A stretch of 63,673 bases of DNA, counting the filler, from Intoshia linei (taxonomy: Eukaryota > Animalia > Orthonectida): NCBI GenBank assembly GCA_001642005.1. It is 7 parts of 7 records of this genome, joined end to end, with 100 filler letters (N's around TTAATTAATTAA, not from the genome) between each part and the next. Parts side by side here need not be neighbours in the genome. Positions count along the whole stretch, not along the records: positions 47,319 to 51,952 come from LWCA01001896.1; positions 52,053 to 56,980 come from LWCA01001866.1; positions 57,081 to 58,360 come from LWCA01002694.1; positions 58,461 to 63,673 come from LWCA01001824.1; 3 more parts are not named here. One strand, 5' to 3'. The position numbers were made by a program, and so were the translations under genes. The notes under the pieces were generated by a model. That model did no database searches. It saw only the letters and a program-made list of their open reading frames with translations, and was not told where the DNA came from. Below, in pieces: positions 51,590 to 63,673 of the stretch. Within the stretch, counting starts at the first letter, position 1; the number at the start of each line of letters is the position of its first letter.

Positions 51590-51833
51590 CAATTGAAAAA
51601 TATTGGTTGATAATATATTAAAAATTATATTTCACCGGGAATGCGTAAATTTCTCGGGTTGAACTTTTGTATTTATATCAACTGGAATAAGTTCTATTAC
51701 AATAATCTTTTTTTTTAATTTTCGAACCATTAATTATTTTACATTTTTGTTAATAAAATATATGAAAACTAAAATACATTTTTGACAGTGAAGGCGTCAC
51801 TTATTCAGATTGAAATTTTTTTGTGTGTGTTAA
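51590..51833 (-). mobile_element. Helitron family A fragment
   Basis: Reverse complement of ~23875-24140. Confidence 0.7.
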
Positions 51834-51952
51834 CCCTTTAGTGCTCGCGCAGTGTCCATTTTATAGAAAGATTTTATTCAATGAAATTTAGTTAGCCCAT
51901 AATTTTGCACCATTTATAAATTTTATGACATGAGCTATGAAATACAATGTTA
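51834..51952 (+). mobile_element. piggyBac-like terminus inserted into the Helitron copy
   Basis: Helitron homology stops at TTAA (51830-51833) and is followed by CCCTTT. Runs into a gap. Confidence 0.55.
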
Positions 51953-52349
51953 NNNNNNNNNNNNNNNNNNNNNNNNNNNNNNNNNNNNNNNNNNNNTTAA
52001 TTAATTAANNNNNNNNNNNNNNNNNNNNNNNNNNNNNNNNNNNNNNNNNNNNTCCACAAGATGATATTATTTTTATGCAGATGTATTTTTCAGTGTTGTC
52101 TAGTGTTATAGTAATATACTATATATACTTTTATATTAGGGTTAATTTCATATTTCTTTGCAAATATGGCTATAAAATATAAAAAAGAAAACAAAATGGA
52201 TAAAGTGAAAAAATATAATATTCTATCTGTCATATCTTTTATATTAGGAATTACATTAACACTAGTATTAATTATTATTGCATATAAATTATATTATGAC
52301 TCTCCATATTTATACTGATTAATTTTAAAATAAATCATTAAAAATGTCT

Positions 52350-53512
52350 TTCTTTTAACAAAATCTATATTTAGTATTTATTTATCAATAACAAATTATA
52401 TAAAACACCCATAAAAACAAAAACAACGGATAACTGTATGTAAAGGTAACATTTTGATCCAGGAATTTCGTCTAAATGTGTAACGTCCTATTATAATATT
52501 ATTATAAATATTTATACCCATTTCATGTTTATTCGGTTTATTTAACTTTTCATGTTTTTTTACAGTTTCTGAAAATGAGTTAATTCAAAAAAAAACTATA
52601 CAATTATAATACCTTCATAATTAGATCTTCCAATTAAACTATATATCTTGGCAAATTCATCCAATAAATATCTACTTCTTTCACATTTTTCACCATAATT
52701 TTTACAGCTTAAAGCGGCAGACTGAAAACACGTAAAATAATTATTATTAATAATAAATTAAATTTTATATCATACCTGACCCATATATTGAAGCGCCAAT
52801 TTCTCTCTAATTTTATTATAAGATGTAAAATTATATTTATAATTCATTACTCATTATTCTGTAAACAATAATTTGCAATATGTTTATAATTTGCAATAAT
52901 TTCACTAGCTTCTTCAGAATCTAGATTTAAATTGAGAATAAATCGATTCAACTATAAATGTATAAAGTATGTTACATTCTCTTTTAAGTATATTCAAAAT
53001 TTGTTTTTCGTAATAAATTTTCTCTAAATACGCACACGCGCTCCCTAAATTTACTGAAACTTCATTTTTTATTAAATTTATATAATTAACCATTCTTTTT
53101 ATCCTTCATTAATAAATTTCGAATTTTTCTCAGGCACATGGGCATTATCTTACTGTTGAAATTTTTACACTTTTGTACATTTTCCATGCATTCTATCAAC
53201 TTTTTCATTTCACCCTGTTCGGTTTCTGACCGTTTAGATTTCAACGTTGTCATATTCAATATTTTTATGTTGTTGTAACAATTTAAATAATATAGTATCT
53301 GAGCATTTAAATTTAATCAAATTCAACAATATTTACATGTAACCGAATTGAAAATGTATGAATCTACTGTTCAATCGTATATCTTGAAAAATATAATAAA
53401 ATTAACCTCAAAAAACTGCAATATAAATATGAAATTTTTAAAACTCGACTCATCTGACTTTCTTAAATAAACTGGAACAGACATATTTTTAACTAACTGT
53501 AAATCATTTACT
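52350..53512 (-). CDS. Multi-exon gene fragment, unknown helical (possibly TPR-like) protein
   Basis: About eight AG/GT-bounded open exons separated by ~40-50 nt introns (e.g. NLGSACAYLEKIYYEK, IIANYKHIANYCLQ, EKLALQYMGQ|SAALSCKNYGEKCERSRYLLDEF). Confidence 0.6.
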
Positions 53513-53769
53513 AATATAAAATTGAATGTTACCGTTTATTTAAAATTGACAATCGTAGAATTAAAAAAAACTTAATTTCTAATACAGTTTTCCCCAAGAC
53601 GTATTTTTATCTATTTTTCAGTTTCAGAATTTCATTTTTTCTTTTGTTTAAAAAAAATGTTTTTAAAGATTGCCACCCCTAGACCAGTAGCGGATCTAAG
53701 TGGGGTCGCAACCCCTGTCTATATAATATTTTAATTTGTACATTGTCTATAATTAAAATTTTTTTTTAT

Positions 53770-55192
53770 TACCCAACAAATTGAAAAGTATAATCAGTAG
53801 TGTATTCCCATGCTGTTATTTCTTGAAGGAAACATTTCAATACAGTTTTGTATATTTTCTGGTCCATTGTACTATCCAGTATTTGTAATTTACTTATTCC
53901 CATTGTGGAAATAGCATCCATACCATTACATTTTGATTAAATTTAACAGTTTTTTTGATACAATTTGGTCTCGACGCTTCGTGTTACCTTCTGCGTACAC
54001 TAGTAGAACGATCATCCATGATATGAATTATTGATTCGTAAGAAAATATAACCTAAAAAATATTAATTTAGGTTCGATAATATTAATTAGTATAAAAATA
54101 ATTAATTAATTCATATTTAATATCATTTTTCAAATTTTAATAAATGACATGATTCCATTGTTCTTAATTCCAATTTTCATAACGTTTGGGACATTCTAAC
54201 CTCGCTTTCATTATCCACTTTGTAAGAAGCAGAGCCGTTTTAAGGCATGGGAAATATGAGCTGTAGTCTAGGGCCACTCATTAAAAAAGGCCTCAAATTA
54301 ATAAAAGTAATTTACACTTATATTTTAAAAAGAAGCCTCAACTTATTAAAAAATACTTCAAATTTATATTTTAAGAAACAGTTTTGAAGTTTTAAAGTGT
54401 GGGAATTCAAATAGCTAAAAATAAAATAGTTTAAAGAATTAAAGTTCTGGTAAATATTCAATTTAAAATATATTATACAATGTTCATCATATTATATTGA
54501 CATAAAAACTGTTTCAAATGATAATATTAAACATTAAAACCTTTCTATTAAGTGAATATTCAAAAATGGAGTAGGAAATCTTTTATTTTCTTATATTAAT
54601 TTTCACAAAAGGGGCCCTAAATTTTTTTTGTCGCTTCACTCGAAATACTTTTTTGCTTTGCTCAAAACTTTAAACAGCCTCCAGTCCTTTGCTTAGCCCA
54701 GGGACACGAAGTGGCTTATGACGGCTCTGATTAGAAGGGGCTTTGTAACTTTTATATATAATTTATATCCGGGCGCCAAGACGACAATTTACTGTTACTC
54801 TTGATACATGTATGTTTTGAATCTTGAGTTTTCTAACAATCTCAGTGCAACTGAAATTTCTATATTTCAGAGCAGTTTTCAATATTATTCTATTAGTTCT
54901 TTCATTGGTGGATTTTTTCCCCGAGTTATTGCTTTTTCAATTAAAAATTTGTTGACATCCTGGCGTGAATTGTTTAATACGAACTTTTTCATTAACGTCA
55001 TTTTGTGTTTAATGTTTATTCAGCAATAAAAGTATAAATTCAGATTATTCATCAGATTAATAATTAATTATTAATCAATACGTCACATCTTATACACATG
55101 TAGGTCAAAATTTTAACCGAGTTCTTTGAAAAAACAACACATAGTTATTTAAATAAAAATTTAACAATTATGCTAATTTATTGAACTACACT
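53770..55192 (-). mobile_element. Decayed Tc1-family transposon
   Basis: Remnants SRVTVNCRL...KPLL, KARLECPKRYENWN*EQWNHVI, VIFSYES...VRRR...CIKKTVK...VMVW, LDSTMDQKIYKTVL. One end reads cactg|ta near 55190. Confidence 0.85.
54230..54729 (-). mobile_element. hAT MITE, same family as 2504-2983
   Basis: Reverse-complement homology along its length. Flanks gtaagaag/attagaag. Confidence 0.85.
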
Positions 55193-55639
55193 GTATATTA
55201 ATTTGTTATCGAAGTTTAAGTTAAATTATTGGACTAACCTTGATGATAATCAAAAAAAAAACTAGCCGAAAATGTCGATTTTGAGCAGTTATATGTATCG
55301 AGAATTAATAAGCATAATATAAAAATTCAAATTTAAATACAATATTTGAGTTTAGCCCCTAATAATTATTTCACCCTTTGCTGAAAACCCTAAATCCGCC
55401 ACTGCCATAGACTAGGGTCCTAGTTAGCATTAACTGTATGTATTTTTAAAAATTTAAACTACATGTCGCAATGAAATATTTAACTATAAATGTATTTGTG
55501 TTTGCTGAGCTTTTATCATTTTTAATTTGCCATTCAAAATATTCCGATAATTTATATTCTTCAATATTATAATTATTTTAAATGTCAAGACACTTGCTTT
55601 TCAGAAGAGTTATGACACAACCCGTCGTCTGTGATATTT

Positions 55640-56980
55640 TTAATTGATCTATAACACTGTCCGACAAAATTGATGTTTTTTTTGATCAGGATAAAATTAT
55701 AATAGTATTATAGATAATTTCAGGGTGAACAAAATGATGCAACTCTTGTGATATGAATCGCTCAACTTTTTGAAATAATCAGGTAATAGCTTTGTTGCTA
55801 TAAGCAAACTAATAATTTCATTATCATATTTAATATGTATTTTTCCGTGTACCGACGCTCAAAAATATTCAAAATTTGATGGAAACGCTCCCCATGCTCG
55901 TCTGACCAATTTCCGCAATTCTTTGCAAAGTAATCAAAATGGTCATCTAAATAATGCATCTTTATATTATACAGACAATCCATTATATTTTAACAAGTAA
56001 ACATATCTTCAATTGCAACTAAAATTAACTATAAATATGGTTAATTAAATATACTACCTTTATAATTCACAGTTCTACGATTTCCAAGAAACATAGTCAC
56101 CACCTTTTCACAACTATTAAAAGCATTCAATTCAATTTCACTTAATGAGTTTCGAAATTCTGTACTCTTTAATAATATTCTAATTTCTTGGGCCATTTAA
56201 AATACCAGCACTCAATTTAGCATCTGATAAATGTGGGAATATTTTTTTTAATACAAAATGAGGTTTATTGGTTTCATTAATTGATTTATGATTCTTATCC
56301 AATTTACACAGGAATTGCTTCACAAGACCTAATTTTATATGAAGTGGAGGTATCATAATATTTTCTTTGTTAATAAACTTTTCCTTAAAACCAGGGTCAA
56401 CACTTCTAATATTCCAATTTTTTTAATATAATGTTCATCTCTTTTACGTGAATCAAAGAGACATATAAAACATGGATATTTTATGTAACCACTTTGCATC
56501 CCTGTCAAATAGCTGACAACTTTTAAGTCGCAACATATTTTCCAATTGTATTCTGTATAATTAATTTTAGTTAAGCATAATTTGACAGNAAACATGGATA
56601 TTTTATGTAACCACTTTGCATCCCTGTCAAATAGCTGACAACTTTTAAGTCGCAACATATTTTCACATTATATTCTCATAAATAAAATATAATAATATAG
56701 AATAAAATAAAGGTAAATGTTGCAGTCGAATCAATTAATATACATTTGAAGCTGACTTTGTTTGAATCAATGAAGATATACCAATTTTCTGGTATATACT
56801 TCACATTAATTTCTTACATTAATCCAATTAAGTCACAACAATAAACATAATTTTCCACTTTACAATAAAAATTAAAATACTTTTTATGCCACGTCCTATG
56901 GGTTGTAGAATTGACATCAACATTGATCACATTGTACGATTTAAGTTTACGTATCAGATATTGAGACTTATCTTTTGTCA
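55640..56980 (-). mobile_element. Chapaev3-like (CMC/Transib-related) transposase remnant
   Basis: WKICCDLKVVSYLTGMQSGYIKYPCFICLFDSR, PPLHIKLGLVKQF, FPHLSDAKLSAGI, KMHYLDDHFDYF..NCGNWSDEHGERFHQ...ERRY. Frameshifted. Confidence 0.8.
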
Positions 56981-57129
56981 NNNNNNNNNNNNNNNNNNNN
57001 NNNNNNNNNNNNNNNNNNNNNNNNTTAATTAATTAANNNNNNNNNNNNNNNNNNNNNNNNNNNNNNNNNNNNNNNNNNNNTGAAATGATAAAACCAATAG
57101 AAAAATAATAAAATTTATCATGCACATTT

Positions 57130-57797
57130 TTATTCTACCAAACAAAATTCACGTTGAAAATTTAACTCAAAAATTTTAATATTCACTATTATCAATTTTT
57201 TAAAACACTGGTTCCCAAACTTGTTTCAAGTAGAACCATCATATCACATTACTTTTTAGTTTAAAGTGAATTATTCCATTTTAATTTTTTTTGTTAACAT
57301 TTAAAAACAATTGTTATCGCATTTTTTCAATTTATTAGACAGTTATTATTATTATGGGAGTATAATATTAAAAATAAAGAAAAAACAGTATAATCCTAAA
57401 AATTGTCATAAATAGCATAAATTCCAGTAAAAATAAAATTATAAAAACCAATTTGGTCATTTACAATGTGATAATATATATTCAGTACGAATTTGATAAA
57501 TACTTAAAAATACCAATTATGTATTTATAATTAACGGAATAAGTACTTTATAAACATATGTAAGGTGAATTTTACCAATATTGCAAAGCATTGTAATAAA
57601 TATAAAAATTTTCAAAAAAAGGACAATTGGTCTTTTTGACCCGTAAGATGTGAGTTGGAGGTTGCAATTTATTTTGCTAAGATTCTGGAAAAAATGTAAA
57701 TAAATGTGGACTTTATAAAATTCTAGGATCGGTAGTTATTAAAATAAATAGTAACACTCACAAACAAATATTACAAAGCATATTATATAAGTAAGGA
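57130..57797 (-). mobile_element. Internally deleted Helitron family A copy
   Basis: The 3'-proximal part is joined directly to the 5' part, which ends ...gtaagGA|t. Confidence 0.7.
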
Positions 57798-58460
57798 TTA
57801 TAATATTATTCAGTCTTTAACGCAGATTAATCTGAGTATTTACAGTATGCATTGAAGACGTACTCTTAAAATTTCGTAGACTCGATCGAACACGATCCTA
57901 TTCGTTTTAGGATCACACAGCATAGTGCTTCAGATCGTGTTGCTAAACTATAATACTCATAGGCCAGTTATAATCATCTTAAATTCCAGTACTGTTACTA
58001 AAAAATTGCTATAATAGAATTCCATTTTAGCAATTGACTTGTAAGTTACAAGTTGCAACACGTTTTAATATTGAAACAATCAAACATACGCTAATCATGT
58101 TAATTTGTAGTTGGAGTGTATCATGTGTTATTATATTTATTATAATCCAAGTGATGTTGAGTGGCCAATTGAGCAAGAATAATAATTAGTTTCCTAATTT
58201 TAGACAGTATGGCATACATAATTCAATTTAGTTTAAACAATCAGCCGAGCCTATATTTCATTATTTCAAAGCCAATTACTAAGACCAATTAGTCAACCAA
58301 ATTAATATAATTGTTCCAATATCTCCAGAGCTTAACAATTACGCGTTGGAGGTATATTTTNNNNNNNNNNNNNNNNNNNNNNNNNNNNNNNNNNNNNNNN
58401 NNNNTTAATTAATTAANNNNNNNNNNNNNNNNNNNNNNNNNNNNNNNNNNNNNNNNNNNN

Positions 58461-59245
58461 TGAACATTTATATTCATATACCTTTTATTTTGTATAGACG
58501 TATATTCATCTAATATCAATGAGTAGCGAATCCCTAAGGCTACTTGTTTTTCAAAATAACAGATGTGTTCTTTCTTTTTAGTTATGTAATAATTCATAAC
58601 CATATTCTTGACTCCGTTTGAAGATGTTGGTGGTAATTTATCATATTTACCTTTCTGAACTTGAAGGTTTGTCTGTATAAAATTGCTTTTAGCTATTGAG
58701 TTAAAAGAAAATTCATCCATAGCGGCTAGTTTTGAAATCTCTTCCATAGATTTCTTAATTAAAAAATTTTCTAACGTTCTTGCTATTTTTACCGGAGGTT
58801 GTTCTTATCTTCATTTATGTCTATTTGATGAAGTTTCTTTAAGTGCAATATCAAAAATGTGGTTGATCCTCCTGAAGACTTCATGGTCTTCTGACACTTC
58901 GTGTATTGAACGTCATCTTTGTTCTTACAAATGAAAAATTTCCACACATTTGACTTACTTTTTAACATTTTAGGGCTGAAAAGTAAAAGGGAAAACTATA
59001 AAAATTATCTTTGATAAAAATCATAAATCATAAAAGACCATAACAAATGTAATTTTATTCTAAATAAACCCCTGTAAATCTTCTATTGACTTACCAAAGA
59101 GAATCCAAAATCGAAAGGCGGATATAAAAAGTAAAATATTAAAATTACGAATATTAAAACAAATATTACAAATTACAAAGAAATAAAACCGGTTTTGACG
59201 ATCATTACATAAAAATTGGTTTTATAAAACAGATTTCAAGCCCTA
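58461..59245 (-). mobile_element. hAT transposon 5' part with transposase remnant
   Basis: EISKLAAMDEFSFNSIAKS...RYSLILDEYTSIQNKRYMNINV (first catalytic D region). Terminus TAGGGCTTGAAA at 59245. Confidence 0.8.
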
Positions 59246-59707
59246 GCGATATATCACTACAACAAATATGAAATAATTCCAATAGTATCAACATTTGGAT
59301 TAATGTTTAAAAATTTACGAATCACAATATATGATTCAACTTTGAACATACAATTTTGAATATTTTTAAAAAAATTACATTTCTATAACTACATAACTGT
59401 TTGAACTTTTATAGGGTCAAAATGACAATAAAATATGAAATTAATTCTTTCAACATTGGTAATTTTGCTTTTCTTGATGAGACCATTTGTAATATAGCAT
59501 AGCTTTTCCTAGCCCAAAAAATATTGTATATTTTGTAAATTTTTTTATTTTTATCTTGGATTTGATCATTGTTATCTTAAACTGTTAAAGAGGGATTTCA
59601 CGAATTTTACATGTCCGAAAAAGACGTAAAATTATAAATTTAGTAAAATAGACTCACTGCACAAAATGAATCATGAAAATATCAACCCTTTTACTTTTTA
59701 TAAATGA

Positions 59708-60380
59708 CTAGCTTGACTGTTATGTCTTTCCTACTACAACATCCTAACTCTGCCGAGGGCGAACTTTTTTAATTCTACCAAAAAAATAAATTCACATTGT
59801 TAATAATAAAATCTTAATTTTTTGTAGTTTTAAACTAAAAATTTGTACAAAGTGATTGTAAATTTTTTGAAAATGAGTACCGTATTTTTCGGAGTATAAG
59901 ACGCACCCTTTTACATGAAAAATTAGGAATGCGCCTTATATGAGCATTTTGCAATAGAAAATTTTTTTCTAAGTATATTTTGTGTATATTATATACTATA
60001 AAATTTCTTGCTTCTTATACGCCAATGCGCCTTATACTCCGAAAAACATGGTACATTTGTATTTGAGAATGAAAAATTGCGTAACAATGACAAAAAATCC
60101 GAAGGAATCAATTATATAGATTTTCACCCATATTTCTTTTTTGGAAATGTGTAGACGTTCAATGCACATTATTTTTGAAATTATGGAATGATTATTTTCA
60201 ATTTTTATTTTAATCGAAATAATTGAAAAATAATGGTTAATAATATATTAAAAATTATTTTTTACCGGGAATGCGTAGATTTCTGAGGTTAAAATTGTGT
60301 ATTTGTATCAACTGGAATAAGTTGTATCAGAATAATTTTTTTTTTTTAAATGTAGGACCTTTAATTATTTAAAAATTTTT
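59708..60380 (-). mobile_element. Helitron family A deleted copy containing a pogo-like MITE
   Basis: a|CTAG terminus at 59708. Internal homology at 60070-60380. Confidence 0.7.
59880..60051. mobile_element. pogo/Tigger-like MITE
   Basis: TA|ccgtatttttcggagtataagacgca ... tgcgccttatactccgaaaaacatgg|TA. Confidence 0.8.
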
Positions 60381-60439
60381 GTTTATATTTAATTGTAATA
60401 TTTAAATAAAATTATAAAAAAACTTATTTTTATAGTGAA

Positions 60440-62784
60440 ATGGTGACAAGTACAAATGAAAAACGAAAATACATGTGCTGTGTGGTTTCAGGAGCTTTAT
60501 CTGGTTCGATTGGTCGATTTTTCGTCCAACCCTTGGATGTTTTGAAGATTCGATTCCAGGTTATTTTTAATTAAAATTAAATAAAGCGAGTAAACTGCAA
60601 TTAAGTAGCAAGGCTCAACTTTCCCCAAAATTCACAAAACTTTTGCTCTAAATCAAACCAGGTAAAATAAACTAATTTTTTATCTTTAAAATTTTTTTAA
60701 TCTGTCATTTTATCGTCAACTCTGCGAATATGGGTAAGGTGACCTTAAAAGCCATTAATAATGTTGATGAAATAATATTTTAATGTATTTTAAAGATAGA
60801 CTACAAAAATAAGAATATGTCTCATTTACTAAAATATGGTAGTATACCAAAAGCAATTGGAATCATTTTACAAGAAGAAGGTTTTCGGGGATTCTGGCGA
60901 GGGCATTGCGTTAGTCAATTTTTATCAATAATGTATAGTGGAGTACAGGTAAAATAAATAAACAATAAACATTAACATATTTAGTTTGGAGCTTACTCAT
61001 ATTTTCAAAATTGCTTAAATAATATACAAATTGAACGACATAGTAAATTCAGATCAATTATATGTGGATTTGGCGCCGGATTAACGGCTACACTGTTTAC
61101 ATATCCTTTGGATGTCTGTCGAACAATTGTTGTTGCTCAAACTTCAAATAATGTAATTATAGAATTATAATTACGAAATGTATATTGTATAGTATTTAGT
61201 AACTCAGATTTAGTTTTCTCAATGGAAATATTTAAATAGTCAATTAATGTACAAAAATTTTAACCTACCAAATTTATATCGAGGTCTAACTCCAACATTA
61301 TGCATGTTTTCAACACAAACAGCGTTACAGTTTTATTTTTTCGAATCTATCTTGTATTTAATATCAAATTTCAAAAACCCTTTATCATCGAATAAACATG
61401 GTAAGGTTTATTTTAATTGTTTCCCTATTTTGTAGTGACATACCTCAGTTACGACGGTTAAAAAACAGTGATTATTAACTATCTATCACCGCTACTGTTG
61501 GAAACCTTAATACAATCAGACCTGTATATATTGAACATTAACATAGAAAAAATAACGATGTTCATTATAGAGTTTATAGAGAACTTTTTATTATCCTTAA
61601 AATGCTGATTTTTCCACTTGAAGCGTCATAACAAAGTTTGATCGAATCAAAATATTTTTGAAAATAATATATTAATACAACCGAATATTCACAAATACTA
61701 AGTAAAATTAAAAATTTTAATTAAAATTATATTCAATGTTTTAAATTTTTTTTAATGTAGAAAAATAATCAGTTATTTTAGCTTGTCTCGACAATTTTTC
61801 CGATATTATATCATTTATCACTTTAAGTATATTATTAATTCCATTCGGATAATTTTCAATNTCAGTTATTTTAGCTTGTCTCGACAATTTTTCCGATATT
61901 ATATCATTTATCACTTTAAATATATTATTAATTCCATTTGTATAATTTTCGATGTACCATTGTTGCAACTGTTTAGAAATACATAGAGCTTCGTAAGTAT
62001 GTATTGTCGTACTATATTTGGGTATATTACGTATAATGAAAAATCATTTTGGTCCACTGTCAGTGACACAGGAGGCTAATCGGTGAAAACCCATAACTAA
62101 TATACTTGAATGTTATATAATATACTAATTAATTTAAATTTTTTCATATTTAATTAACTTTGTTTCATTGTGATACGTGTTTTTATAATTGTAATGTTGT
62201 GTGACCATATGGTCACACTGGGAGAATATGGGTTAATGCAGCTCCGAGATAATGTAAATTTCTTAGCCATATCTCGTTGACTATATGTTTTATTTTCCCC
62301 GTGAAACAGTATGATTTTTTTTCCACTTGATAAATTTTTACGCTTTTTATGGTTCATTATATAATGTAAAAATAAAGTGCCAATTATATTAATTGATTCA
62401 AAATTACAATGAGATTATACAAAAATAGAATATTATCTTTATTTTGAAAGGTGTTCACCGTTCATTACCGTATTGTTCAATATACTGCCATATAAAGTGG
62501 ATTTTTTGTTAACAAAATAATGTATTTTTTAATGTTCACTCTACAAAATGTTCAATATATACAGGTCTGACTATATAAATGTAAAGGTTTTTTATTAAGT
62601 GTACTTAATTTCCTTTCCCCATTATTCTTACACTTTAATGTTAAAACCGCACTAAACGAGGTATTTTTTTACGTTAAATAGAATAGTATAATGTGAATTT
62701 GTAGTAAATAGTACATGGACTAATCTAATATCTGGTTCATTTTCTGGAATATTTGCAAAGTTTTTTGTTTACCCAATGGATGTG
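60440..62784 (+). CDS. SLC25A19: Mitochondrial thiamine pyrophosphate carrier; continues beyond the window
   Basis: Exons ~60440-60559 (SGALSGSIGRFFVQPLDVLKIRFQ), 60797-60948 (KYGSI...ILQEEGFRGFWRGHCVSQFLSIMYSGVQ), 60984-61152 (ICGFGAG...YPLDVCRT), 61240-61400 and 62705-62784 (LISGSFSGIFAKFFVYPMDV). Confidence 0.85.
61513..62573 (-). mobile_element. pogo/Tigger-type internally deleted transposon in an SLC25A19 intron
   Basis: TA-flanked TIRs (tcagacctgtatatattgaacatt). N-terminal HTH remnant MNHKKRKNLS..KK...SQRDMAKKFTLSRSCI and C-terminal RQAKITDYF. Confidence 0.8.
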
Positions 62785-62854
62785 GTAATGTTTTTAATTT
62801 TTAAATTCAATAATACTACTGATTCAATATTTTAACAAGCGTTATATTTATATT

Positions 62855-63673
62855 ACAGACTTTTATGTACTACGTACAAACCGCACCTAGCTCTGCCGAA
62901 GGCATATTTTTATTCTACCAAAAAAATAAATTCATGCAGAAAATCTAACTTAAAAATCCTACTATTCACTATTATCAATCCTTTAAAGGAGTTTTCCCAA
63001 ACTTGTTTCAGGTGGAATCGTCATATCACATTACTTTTTACTTTTAAGTGAATTATTCCATCTTAATTTGTTGTTTGTTAACATTTGCGTAAAGAATTTT
63101 AAAAAAATTATCCCATTTTTTTATTTTATTAGACAGAATGTGTTTATAATATTAAAAATAAAGTAAAAACAGTCCAATCCTAAAAATTGTCATAAATAGC
63201 ATAAATTCCAGAAAAAATAAAATTAAGAAACCTATTTTGTCATTTTCAATGTGATGACATATATTCAGTATCAATTTAATAAATAAATCCTAAAAATTGT
63301 CATAAATAGCATAAATTCCAGAAAAAATAAAATTATAAACTATTTTGTTATTTTGAGTGTGATGATATATATTCAGAACCAATTTAATAAATACTTACAA
63401 ATACCAATTGTGTATCAATAATTAATAGAATCTTCACTTTATAAATATTTCAGTCAAATTTTACCATTATTGCAAAGAATTGTAATATAAAAATGATATT
63501 AACAAAGTTGTTCTAGTTTCGTTGTTTAGTTTCTTATTTAAATTTGTAATGTTTTAATAAAAATTTTTTGAAAATGAAAATTTGAAATTTAAAAATTGCG
63601 TAACAATGAAAAAAATTTTGAAAAAATGAATTATATAGATTTTCACCCATATGTCTTTATTGGAAATGTGTAG
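62855..63673 (-). mobile_element. Helitron family A 3' half, running off the window
   Basis: Reverse complement of 24200-24720 continuous with that of 33673-33975, which shows the two parts belong to one element. Confidence 0.8.

Larger units (their letters stand above)
53685..55404. mobile_element. hAT-type element enclosing a Tc1 remnant
   Basis: TIR cagtagcggatct/aaatccgccactg. 8-bp TSD ccctagac/ccatagac. Confidence 0.7.

Noticed and set aside
56469-56664. Direct duplication in the Chapaev-like remnant
   Set aside because: An exact copy beginning at a single n, so likely an unmerged contig overlap.
61769-61950. Tandem duplication of the PIP-box region
   Set aside because: The junction coincides with a single n (61861) and the copies are near-identical, so probably a haplotype or overlap artefact.

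Overview
Very AT-rich animal (metazoan) nuclear DNA from a draft assembly, with six N-TTAATTAATTAA-N scaffold spacers and several single-n joins. Genes are compact, with many ~30-60 nt GT-AG introns plus a few introns swollen by transposon debris. This style resembles a reduced parasite genome such as the orthonectid Intoshia linei, which is an unverified guess. Genes recognised by manual splicing and translation: a GH31 alpha-glucosidase 3' part, a GAPVD1/RME-6-like gene, TRAPPC4 and SLC25A46 (head-to-head, ATGs ~53 bp apart), IVD, an innexin pseudogene, CEP95, two inverted tRNA-Ala(TGC) genes, a PMP22/claudin-like gene, an Emx-like homeobox gene, a SERTA/IER-like ORF, DKC1 (with a PNISR-like fragment in one intron), GCNA/ACRC and SLC25A19. 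The rest is a diverse, often nested DNA-transposon landscape: an abundant non-autonomous Helitron, several hAT families, Merlin, Mutator/Foldback-like, Tc1, pogo, Chapaev3-like and piggyBac remnants. I found no convincing new multi-gene system. The best leads are architectural: the ultra-compact bidirectional pair, the nested PNISR copy, and the Merlin and Helitron elements. All gene names come from remembered motif similarity, not database searches, and exon coordinates were read by eye.
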